Shown here: in pieces, positions 36,651 to 48,746 of the stretch
How positions within the stretch are numbered: the stretch's first letter is position 1
Layout: every line of letters begins with the position of its first letter
Assembly (NCBI GenBank): GCA_964247055.1
Contig: OZ176053.1
Location: 8,866,001 to 8,930,000 of the forward strand
Direction of reading: 5' to 3'
Length of the DNA stretch: 64,000 nt
Source of the DNA: Paragordius varius
Lineage: Eukaryota > Animalia > Nematomorpha
The notes under the pieces: generated by a model
The model's input: the letters and a program-made list of their open reading frames with translations, nothing else
What the model was told of the DNA's origin: nothing
Database searches by the model: none
Program-made: the position numbers and the translations under genes

Positions 36651-38759
36651 TATTATATACAATATAGTTATTTACAATGTAATCGAATAAACTTTTCGAA
36701 ATATAATTTCATTTCATATTTAATTAACAAAATTTTATTCAATGATTGTGGTTTTGATGTATAGATATATATTGGTAAAATTAATCAATAGACATATTTT
36801 TAAAAAATAATAATATATCATTACAAAAAGAATATCCACAACCCAAGGCTATTTTTATGCAAGAAATAATATGTAAAATAAATTATATTTTTATATAACT
36901 TTCATTCCTTGTCGTCACCTTAAAAAAGTCTGATACCTATATATATATATATATATTATTAATTTTCTAATTATATAATAATATACATATGTGAACATGC
37001 GATAAATTATTAAAATTAATGCATTATGTAAATAAATAGTTATCTACTTATATTTATTTATTATATATATATATATATATATAAAATTTAATCCAAAATT
37101 TTTATTAAATTCTTTATAAATATTTGATTTCCAGCGTCATCAATGAGGGAGCCTGTAAACAAATAAAAAAATAATTAAACCGATTAAAATATAAACATTG
37201 CAAAATAAATTAATTTATACTCCTGAGAGCGAAAAATTGGTAAATTTGTATATGTTAAAACAATAAATACCCCACCCTTTTGGAATATTTTCAAAACCAG
37301 TGTGATTTCATATAAATAAGTTAATGAAATTTAATGATATTGAAATATGCGTTTTATGGCATTTTAGGCACATATTACATTTTAAATAATATGAAATTGC
37401 GAAAAAATCCTTATCTCAAACTTTCAGGCGCTGCATATTTTTTATTAAGCTAAAACTAGTCAAAAATACTATAAGTGAGTTAAGGTTTGTGTTTGCTTAC
37501 AAATCTCTGCCTTCCTATAATTATTATATAATTTAAAATAATTGAATGATAACTGTTTCAACACAATTTATATATCTAAACTGTAAAGAAAAGCCTTTTC
37601 ATCAAATATATAAGTTTAGACGTTTTGTAATGATAATAATTAGTGAACACCATTTTTACATTTCTTTAATACAAAAGCTCTGGGAAAAAACTCCCAATAT
37701 GCGTCTATCAAAAAGTGAAATAGAAATAAAAAGTTAATATTAAACCTCAAGAACGATGCTGTATGATGGAGATTTTAAGACAAGTTCAAAAAATTTGTAG
37801 TATTTTGACGGGTTGGTGCGACCAATGTCTTTGACAGTCTAAATGAAAAATTTGACCCTTACTAAAGGAATTGATTTAAATAATATGCTTTAATACTTAA
37901 TAAAGGCGTTGATTGATCAAGATTAAGCATTTAAAATATAATATTTATCAAAGCTTATGATAATTGTTTTAGGCACTCTGAAAATATGTCAACAATAAAT
38001 TTATTGGGCTCTTTCTAATAAGGATAAGCCAAATCAAATATAGACTATCCATTTTTGAGTTTATAGGCCTACATTGGACAATAAAGTTGTTTGTTATCCA
38101 ATTTGATATAAAATTACTTTGTAACTGAATTATATAATTAATTAAAAGTTGAAGAGTCAGAGGTTTCGATTTAGAGTAAAATTGGGACCATATTTTGCAG
38201 GGTTTTTATAAAATCCATTCTATAAATATAACTTAATATCGGATGATAAAAAGATAATTAATTTTTTCCATTTAACAAATATTTTAAGCGAATTTCCATT
38301 AAATTTAAATAAATTTAGTTCTTAAAAATGCAAAACTGCTAAACGAATTTCGATCAGGTTAAAATCTAAAATATATTTACAGTAGGGAGTATTTATTGCT
38401 AGAAAGTTATTAATTTGGCAAAAGCATATGCAGCAAAGAGAAATATTATTGTCTAATATTACTAGTCGGCAAATTTGAAATTTTTAGAGCACCACCCCTC
38501 AAAATTTTAACCCAATCTAAGATATTAAGGGGTTTTCAATTTTTTAAAAAAGAGTTAGATAAAAAATCAAATATAACTTATTAAAAAGTTATTATATTAT
38601 AAATTAATATCATTTAATAGAGCGTGTAAAGCTCTTTTTTTGAATATTAATATGTTATTTAAATATCAAAGAGAAAAAAATAATAGGGTATAAACGTTAA
38701 AATTTAGTGTTTTTTTAAAGCTAATTTTAAACACGTATAAATTTATTTTAAAAAATACT

Positions 38760-39400
38760 AAAAGAGGCATTCCTTCGGCTTTCAGATAGGCTATATTTAT
38801 TTTGTTAGTTTTGGTATTTTTAGTAATTGTTAGGGTTTTTTTCGGTTGATTCTTAAAAACCTGTTATTTATACCTGGTGGATATTATTTATTTTAAAAAT
38901 GATTGGATGCGGTATATTTTGAATTTCAGATGATTGGGCAGCCACTCCTATATTTATATTAGATTAAATCAAACTTTTGCAATCAACACCCCGACAAGGC
39001 TTTGCTGTGAAGGGGATTGGGGAGTCTTGTGCAGACTGAAACTGTCAAGTTAGATTGATGTTGTTTCACCCTGAGACTGATATTATTACCTGGATAGTGG
39101 ATATCTTACCATACTTTTATGGGAAATAGGATTACTTGTACTTACTTATCTAATCTTTTTTTCCGATTTTATGGTGAAGTTTATAACTCTATTCTGTGAA
39201 TTGGTTAATTTGACATGTGATTTCTCTGAATTTTGCTGACGTTATCTACGTTATATTCTCTGCAGGTCTCTCTTACCGGGCTCTACGATCACCTCCTTTG
39301 TCACATTTGGCATAATTATAGGACTGTTTGGGGGATTTTTGCAAAGCTTGTGCAAGCCGCCCGGATCTATCACACCACACCACATATTAGCCCTTATATT
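38760..39400 (-). pseudogene. Heavily decayed Penelope-like retroelement fragment
   Basis: Minus-strand frames give PNSPIIMPN, YNVDNV, INFTIKSE and FLK**YPPGIINRF, in the order expected for PLE RT motifs (SPLSPILAN, YVDD, IKFTME, NGYP). Many stops. Confidence 0.4.
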
Positions 39401-39627
39401 TTCAAAATTTTTGATATTCAATACTTTGGCATTTAGCTTTTAATTTATTATAATTCTATAATCTAAAAATCGTATCCTCTTTTATATACATAGAATTTTT
39501 ATTGATGTATTTAATAAATGGGATACTTTTTTATTGTATTTTTCTATGTCGAAAAGCCCGCTCGATAAGATGTATTGCTCGTGCAAAAGAAATAACAAAC
39601 CTTCAGCAGCGATAGCAGTTTATATCT

Positions 39628-41039
39628 TTAACTATAAAGATCGACGGAATTTTTAGATAAAATTTTATTATATGGATCATCAATAACATTTGTATCTTCG
39701 TCAAAAAAATCTTCTGTGGTATCGTATACTGGGGCTGGTATATTTGGATCATTTTTGTATTTTCGTTCTAAAATTATAATGAATATACCTGGCTCTAGAT
39801 TACCGTTTGCGACTTTCTCGTTTAAATATTTAAATATATGTACACTAGGAATAATTGTTTATTTTAAATTAAACAAAATTAAATTTTAAAAAAATCCTAT
39901 TGGCGGCCTCAAATTTTTTGTTTTGGTTTACCATGCCATTAGGTAACAGAAAATGCAAAAAAATGTGGTGGTGCAAAACTTTGTTGAGCAGTGTAATAGT
40001 AAAAATAGAAAAAAAATAATTATAAGCCAATAATACTGCCCTTTGTTGTAAAGGCTATTTGGCAATAATTAATAACTTTCTAGCAATGTGACTTACTCAT
40101 ACTGTACATTAAAATGATCTTTTCAGACATCTAAATGATTGAATTGATAAAGGAATCGCTTTCATTATTATGACAACTTGAATCATTTTTTGTATTTTAC
40201 GAATTCAATAAACCAAGTTTTTTAAAATAGCCAATAAAATAACCGTTTAAACTAAATTAAATTAAAATCGGTTGTTTTTTTGAACTTTGTTAGCAGGTCA
40301 TTTGGTTTGAAATTAACGAAAATTGTGCACAAAAAATTCGTCATATAAACATAAAAGACCGCTTTCTAATAATGTATTCTTTTATTTTTAATATATTTTT
40401 TTTACATTTTAAGTTACCATATATTTGGACCATAATTTTTGGGATGGAAACATTCCGGCGAAAACAATCTTCCCTTTAAAATTTTGTTCGACTATTTTAA
40501 CGTCTAAAAATATATATATTGATTGAATACTTAGCTGCGATTTTTTAAACAGTCGAGTACGAATTCGAGCATGACATGTTCCTGGATATATAGTCAACGT
40601 TTTGTTTCCAACTGTGTTTTCACATACATATGTATATAAATGAAATAGTTTAAAATAGACAATGCTAATATCAATCATATAGAACAAACGAAAATTACAT
40701 GCATACTTTATAGGATAGCTATTTAATTTAATAACTTTAGTAAAATAAAACACAAAAAGTTTTTAAATCTAATTTAGGAATAGAAAATAAATTATTCAAC
40801 TTATTTGAATGCGTTTCTACCAGTAATTTTCACTAATATTTTATATATTTTTTATATAAATTATTTATAGGATATGGACAAACTTATTGATAAAGAATAT
40901 TCGTTCTGAATAATTTTATTAATGGTAAATCCAGAACCGTCTCCACTTTGATCATTGTTGACTTCAAAATCGGGGTGAAAAAATTCACAAACATGATTTT
41001 CCGTTAACTGGTGAAATAATTTGGAATCAATATTTTTAG
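39628..41039 (-). CDS. Multi-exon gene of unknown function (partial model)
   Basis: Exon-like segments 41039-40884 (KNIDSKLFHQ...SGDGSGF), about 40606-40415 (GNKTLTIYPGTCHARIR...WSKYM) and 39844-39628 (VHIFKYLNEK...DLYS*), with GT-AG boundaries. Not all phases could be joined and the first exon was not located. Confidence 0.4.
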
Positions 41040-41431
41040 CTGCGCATTTTATTTTATATAATAGTATATTTACCTTTTTGTAGAAAAAAAAGAATGCATA
41101 GCGTGATTATAATTTTCATTCAAATAAAAACTATTAATAATATGCTTAGAGCTGCTCACTTTTTTGCAATTTTTATACTGTCATGTATCTAAATTTAATT
41201 TTTTTTAGAAAAAACCACAGATAAGCGATAACACAACATTATTGTGAACAGGAAAAGGTAATAAAAAAATATTTTGGCAACTTTTGAGATAACACAAAAT
41301 AATTAATGGTGGCAGTTTAAATAGCTATGACGTTACCATAGTATATTAATTGTTGTTAAAAAATTTGGCATATAATTTATTTAATGATTTTAATTTAAAC
41401 TAGTTAGTATATTCAAGCGTTTTGTTTTGTA

Positions 41432-42288
41432 ATGGATTTAGAAAGTTATTTGTTTGATCTTTTTAACGGGAATATTGATCAATTGGTAGAAATGATTGAA
41501 ATGACAAAAGAGAATACTGACATAAAGGCAAATACTATAAGGTATATTTTATTTTAACATATGGAGTGTTAACTGTTAATAACCATAAAATTATTTAAAA
41601 AAATCATTTTTATGCAAAAATATTATTTCAAAATTTCTTAAATGAGAACCACGATCGGTTGAATGTGTTCGATATCATTGTTAATGTATGAAACAACTAA
41701 GCCAAAAAAATGTATTTTTATAATCTGTTGATTATAATATTTATTTCTGTAGACTATATCTAGAAATATATATAGATTGGGAAATTTAAGTAAATTTTAC
41801 CCAAATGATTTTAAAAGTATATGAATATCAAGACAGAAAAATATTATGATACAGTATGAGTAAATGTACATTGCTGGTTTTTTTTAAATGATTGCCACAA
41901 AGCATATTCATAAAAGGGAAATATTTTTTTCTATATTTTTTTTCATTTTTACTATATTAGCCAATAATATAACTCTTTGACTGCTAGCTGGCATTTTTTA
42001 ATGTATATTAATAATGGAAACTATATCACAATATAACGTTTTAAATTTATGTAAATTAATTTCTTTCAAAAAATTTGGATGTATAGCTATGGTGATATGG
42101 AAACAACACAGAAGGAAGAATTTAAAAAACAAAATTTCCTTAAAAATTTAGTGACTTTTGTCAAAATCACAAAAGAGATGAAAAAAATCCCACAAGAATT
42201 TATTTCTTTAAACGACCGAATAATAAAACAATTAGAAATCTACAATAATATAAATAATCAAAACAATGTTTTTATCTGTAAAAAATAA
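41432..42288 (+). CDS. Possible small multi-exon gene of unknown function
   Basis: ATG exon 41432-41541 (MDLESYLFDLFNGNIDQLVEMIEMTKENTDIKANTI) ends at a GT donor. The downstream coding-like ORF is 42079-42288. The middle exon was not resolved. Confidence 0.3.
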
Positions 42289-43146
42289 ATCTTTGTAACA
42301 TTTATTTTTTGTAAGCACATGTAATTTAACGAGAAAATTGTTTTCGGAACTTTTCGAAATGAAAATCATCACTTGCCTTATCTGCCGGTATGTTTTTCAT
42401 AGATTGGCCTGAATTTTCTAATTAAAAAATATATATAATTTGTGTACTGTTAAGTAAATAAAATTACACTGATGCTTAATTTTTTTAACAAACAAAACTT
42501 AATATTCCTTTGTAATTATTGTCATTCATGTGGGTGAACGCGCTGCGATCCAATTAAAAACATAATTTATCCCATATATAATGATTAAATATTCTACAAA
42601 GCACATATAAATATAAAAAACTAAAATTATCAAAATTAAATTGTACAATATTATAACTTAAACCAACAATATCAAATTACAATTTTAAAGCCGCAAATAA
42701 ATTAGTGATTCTAAATTGTATACCGTGGGCATAAATAATGCATTTACACTGAAAAACCATGATAACTTAAAATTTAAGAACCAATTTTCTATTATCTTAA
42801 AAACTCCACTTGTCCACGCCCAACCTAAAAAGATAAAAAAATAATTGCAATTTCATACTTCTGCAAAAGAGGAAAAAAATATATACTTTCCATATATGCC
42901 ATTATAAATTATGGTTAAATTATGGCCAAATATAGTTTTAATTTTTTAGACACTTGTATAATCCATGGATTCCCAGCATCTGGGCCAAACCAATAATGCC
43001 TACTTATAATATATATAAAATTTTGAGTATGCATTCAAATATCCTAACAAATATAACTTAGTGTTTGATGCTTGAATTTATGAATGAATATTCTAAATCA
43101 CTATATTACCTCTATTTTAAAAATAAGCATTGCATACAATGATAAC

Positions 43147-43161
43147 CAAAAAAATATCTGA

Positions 43162-43212
<51 letters not shown>
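43147..43212. repeat. (AT)n microsatellite
   Basis: Directly visible. Further (AT)n tracts near 2299, 5984, 37064, 48296 and 60751-60802. Confidence 0.95.
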
Positions 43213-43216
<4 letters not shown>

Positions 43217-43234
43217 AATAAAGCTTCCACTTAC

Positions 43235-45022
43235 TTTCTTCTTTTCGATTTGTGTTCACGTTTTTAGTATGTTGGGTCTGTTGATGTTTAACATTATTTG
43301 TTATCTGTTTTATGACCCCCATAGTATTAGCAGCTTCAATAAGTTTTTCCTTCCGAATAAAATAATTAAAAATGCAAAAAATTTATGAAAAATTATAATT
43401 CATAAAAATATGGCTTTTCAAAAAGGATATCATTTTACTTTAATAATTTTATCCCGGAATGATTCTTGTTTCAAACCCTCGTCCTGTATTTTAACCTTAG
43501 GTTGTGGCTTTTCAGGTACTGGTTGATGCGTTAGGTTTTGTTCCCCGGTTGTGTTTTCTCTTTTATATTTGGTAAAATTGATAGGATTTAGGTAAACAGC
43601 CGTATTCTCTTCAAAATTATCTAAAGACGATAAAAAAAATTCTACTATTAGGGAAAAAACTAAAACCACAACTTTAGAACCGTTTTCAAACCAAAAAACA
43701 ATTAAGAAAAGTTTTCGATCCAAAACCCCAATTCTAATTTTTTCATTGCTTTATTATGATGCTTAAACCTATTTATTAATATATTTTAGAAATATATTTT
43801 TCCAAAAAAAAGCGTAAATTTAGACTTGTCACTTAAATTTATGCTTTTGCTTACTATAGAAAACTAAGATATCTCTAAATCTTTAAAAATTGAAATCAAA
43901 CTGCAAACATTTCACCAAAAAACTATAGCAGAACATTTATTTAAATAAATTACGAACCGGATCAGATAGAAAGTAAGCTTAACGATAAAAGAAGCAATAA
44001 CGGCCCTTTTCCTAATTATAATCAAAAATTAAACTCATAATTAAAAAATATACATCGATTATGCTGAAGAAAATTGACGGCTACATTAGTTGGAACAAAT
44101 GAAGTTTGTTGCTTTTTTCCGCGTCTGGAATTTTTCGAAGATGCATCATTAGCAGGAGCTTTATCGCTAAATTTGTTTCCATATTTATTTTCAAATATCC
44201 TTTGTTTAATTTGTTCTGTGGCTTCAATATTCCGAATTTTGGACCTTTATTATGATAACATATTTATTGATGTAAAAAATTATAATGCATATATTAATAT
44301 TCGGAGATGTAAAAAATCATTACTCTATGCCAAGATTTACTTCAGGAATTCCACTTAACATTTGATTGGACATCATTTCCTCACTCTTATTTTTTTTATT
44401 TTCTACGGATGATTTTTTAAGATGCTCTGATACATAATCCAAAGCATCATCGGATTTTTTCAATTTTCTATCATTAATATATTAAGAATACTCTTTAGAC
44501 TCTGAAACTTCAATGTCGGTTCGCTTACGCTTTTCCAACTCTTCTTCTATAAATTTCATCCTTAAAATTGTAATATAATATACATTTCCGTATCTTCATC
44601 TCTTTTATTGGTTTCTTTTGAAAAACCTGTACCGATATCTAATTCAGGTTCTTCGGTATCAATCTTTTTAGATTTTTTATTTGATATTTGTGCTAAATTC
44701 ACAAGTCCACCAACTCTTAATTTATAAATGTCAGTCTAAATTAGATATTAATAAGAACTTCTGAAGTAGTGTTTAAATATGAGTTCAAGTCCTTAGAGTT
44801 GAAAGTCTCAATACTGTGTTCTAAGAATTATATTAATCATACATCAATCCACGCCCTTTTTTTCTTAATGATTGGTATTCTTTCAAAACTTCAATATTTT
44901 CGCTAACAATTAAGATTAAAATACGTTGAATCATCCTTTTCATCAATAGAGGATTGGGTTTTCCTTATGAATTTACCATCTATTTTTTTACGCTTGAAAA
45001 TCACAGGCGCTTGATCAGTCAT
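43235..45022 (-). CDS. C9orf78: C9orf78 / Tls1 homolog (spliceosome-associated); terminal exon not resolved
   Basis: Exons 45022-44925, 44902-44843, 44813-44759, 44735-44584, 44560-44492, 44467-44324, 44244-44054, 43620-43439, 43349-43235, with introns of 22, 29, 23, 23, 24, 79, 433 and 89 nt. Peptides GTGFSKETNKRDEDTEMMKFIEEEL, EEMMSNQMLSGIPEVNLGI and TSFVPTNVAVNFLQHNR match the family. Confidence 0.92.
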
Positions 45023-45199
45023 TTGTATATATGCGTGTAAGTTTTGATTTACACAGGCGTTAGGTTTTGGAGTACGCTATTTAACAATCATATACATAAC
45101 ATTTCATGGCCTAAAGGTAATTAGCTCGGAATTAATTTTAGGGTAAGTAAGCAATTCCTTGTCGGATTCGATCCCTTGGAAATTTAAATGACAAATTGC

Positions 45200-45590
45200 C
45201 ACCGCTTATCTATTTCTTTAATTTTCTTGCACATCAGATTCCTTCTATGTATCTAGCCATCTTAACATTGGTCTTCCTTTTTTTCCTTTCCCTTTTAACT
45301 TTAAAAATCAAATCCTTTGAAATGGATATCCTTCTAAAATGTGCCCAATGTAAGTAGAATTTCTTATTATAGTTCCCATTAAGTTGCTCTCAATAATCTC
45401 GTATTGTCTCATTCTTAACCTTGTCAGCCACCTATTGAACATTCTCCTCCAACACCACAATTCAAATGCTGCAATCCTATTTTTATCATTAAGTTTTAAT
45501 GTCCAACTTTCTGTAGCATACGTCGCTACCGAAAAAAACATGCATTTCATTACTCTCACTATAGTTTTGTGGCGATATCTTTACTTTTTC
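45200..45590 (-). mobile_element. RTE/BovB-type LINE 3' fragment
   Basis: SVATYATESWTLK...IAAFELWCWRRM, YIGHIL and GRPMLRWLD are typical RTE C-terminal motifs. It lies about 180 nt upstream of the C9orf78 start. Confidence 0.8.
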
Positions 45591-48500
45591 ATAATTTAAA
45601 TTATGTAGCGTGAGAGTCCTTAATGTCTATCTTAAAAAATTAGCCATGGGCCAAATTTAAAATGCCTTCTTTGGCCTTTGAGCTAATTTACTATGTAATT
45701 ACCCTACGGTTGAACCGGATTGATATAAATGAAACCAGGGTGCCTTACAAAAATTGGAAGCAAAACCATGATTAAATATCAGTTTGGCTTTGCAGCGGTT
45801 AAAAAAGTTCATATTGAAACTAATTTTTAAACTGTGTGACTGGTTCGTAACCTGATTTCTAATTTATACAACATTAATTTCCAAATATTAGTTAAACAAT
45901 ATTCCATAAAAATTTTATTAAAATTAAACCCAAAACAAAAGCATTTTATTTATTCAAAAATTTTTCAATTTAAATTAAATTTTTGATCGAATAACACAAT
46001 AAAAAGCTCATATAATAATATATTATCAAATATATCGTGAATATATTTGTAATAAAAAATATTATCTATTGGGAATAAACTTTTTCTCTAATAAAAACAG
46101 AGGAAACCAACTATTTTAAGTATAAAATAAAGTTAGGGTGGCTCCTCGAGGTCAACCAAAACCGGATTGTATGACATTTAAAATGAAAACAAGGAATTGT
46201 TATTATATAAAAACTATCAAGGATTTTTTCTAAAAAAATGAAAAGAGAACGAATCTAAACAGGTTCTTTCAAGCAGTTTTATACCAGGTATCGGTTCAAA
46301 GTCTGGCATTTATGCATTTTATTACCGTTATATTCTAATTTTAGAAATATTTCGGAAAAAGCTTGAAAAATATTTTCCAAAAATGTATATTTTAAAATTT
46401 TATTTTTTATATTATTTTTGAAAGGCAAGGTCTTTACAATATAACGCCAGAGTTTCGGTATTTTTCGTAATTATCGCTCTTTATTACCTTAAGGTATGTA
46501 TTAATGTATATTTGTAATCAATTTATCTATTGATTAATAAATTTTTGCAATGATAGGTCCCATTTTTGTCATTTGAGGATAAACTTTAAACCTCTATTTA
46601 ACCGATTATTTTTTACTGGTGTTTTAATAGGTAGTAGTATTTTTTAAATAGGAAATTTTTCCATAATAATATATGCCTATATTAATAGCTAATGTATTTT
46701 AGGGCTTAATCAGCCCATTTCGTAAAAATTACTAAATCGGTCAACTTGTTTTCGAAGTGTGGTTTAAATTTTATACCTTGCCTAAATCCTCGCTATCCAT
46801 AATTACAATTTAAAATATGATAAAATGCGTTCCAAAGGTATGCAAATACACGAAACAACTATTTGAGTTTAAATTTTTATTAATTTATTTAGTAACTTAA
46901 GTGTTTACCCAAAAAGGAGATTACGCTATATAAATATATGCTAATTTATATAAAAAATTGCAAAAGATGTTTTCTTAGTAATATTTTGATGGGTTTCAAG
47001 TATTTATCATCGTACCTAAAAAAGCGGTAACTTTATATTTCTCACACACTTGTTTAACTGACGACGATATTTACTTCAAAATGAAACATTGCTGGAGATG
47101 ATTTTGTAAATTTAAAATAACATAGGAAAGTTTTGCTAGTGCCATCAAAATTATAATCGACATGCGATAAAACATTCCAAACTATCAGTGACGTTTTTAT
47201 TTTAAAATTCACACTTTGTCATTTTTCATATTATCCTTACAGACTTAAAAAACCACTGAATTAATTAAATGAGCCTAAATTTGTTTTGAGCCTAATAAAT
47301 TTATGATTGTTTGGAAGACGTTCGGAGAAAATTAAATAAATATCGCATATTTTTTGGCACAGGAGTTCAAAAATTGTTTAATTTTTAATATAAAATTTGT
47401 AATAGGTTATTTTTAGCATAATTTTATAAAAAGAAGTTGGATTTTTTGGATCAAATTTTTTTAAACACTTTCAAACTATATTTTTTTATATCCAAAATGT
47501 CATTAATTTTTGTGATGAATTTATGTCGCGCTTATAAAAGGCAAACTTTGTTATCGTATTGTATGATTGGTGTGACACTTGTTTTTGGTATAAAAAATTC
47601 ATGATAGTTTATCAAATTTTTAGCTAATATATCTTACAATCTTACATTAATCATAACTTTACTTTTACCTGTGATTAATCAAATTATTTTTATTTGTTTT
47701 TCATATATCAATTTTTGGCCACATATCAAAGATGTCGAAATTTCAAGTTTAGTAATTGACTACTCATCTCGAAATATTTTTATGGTTTTTTTATTCGTAC
47801 AAAAAATATTTTGAAATTATTTAAGCTAAAAAATGTGATAAACATGATTTTTTCTCAGTTTTGGCAAAATTACAATTATAATGACCCAGCCTCTAGCGGT
47901 TATTTATCATGTTCGTATATTGTATCCTTATAAAAATTTATAAAATATATGTTATACCTTTTCTAGGCAATGTTTCAAATAATTTTTGAAATTTAAAAAT
48001 AAAAAAATTTGCATATTTTTTTTCGTTAATTTACATTTTTGCCTCTAACATGTCGCATATTGTGATGAGACAGTTGTAAAAGTTAGAATAAAAGTATATC
48101 CATTCATTATTATCATATCTAAGTTATATTTTTTGTAAAAATTTTATAAACATCCGAAAATGTATTATTATAAATTGTGATGTGTAACCAATTTTCTTAT
48201 TCACTTGTTAGTTATTGTTATTACAAACCTTTAGAGTTGTAAACCAAATTTGAGAAGAAATATTTCTTTATGAAATATATAACGACATCTACGATATACA
48301 TATATATATATATATATATATATGATGAGTTTGGAGAAAGAATAATGTCTTTTGTTTTTATAAATTAGTTATAAAAAGTATACATACATATTTTATGATA
48401 ACAATTATCACAAGAACACATAAAATTTGGGAAAAGGCATAAGTATACAATATTTAATGTAAAACAATATGTACTACTTATTATATTTGTACCATAATAT

Positions 48501-48746
48501 TCAAATATATCGAAGGCGAGCATTAATTATTTCTGCATAAACTCGTTTGTTAACAAATTAAATTACTAAATGCCATTCACTTACAAACGTATTCTCGCTT
48601 TTATCTTTTATTATGTGACAAAAAATGTGGTTGATGAGAGTCCTCCCTTACATTTAGCTTTAACACCCTAAAATAAACTTAGTAACAAACATAAAATACT
48701 AGCAAAATATCTTAATTAATTCTCTCACTCACAATTACCCAAGAGT

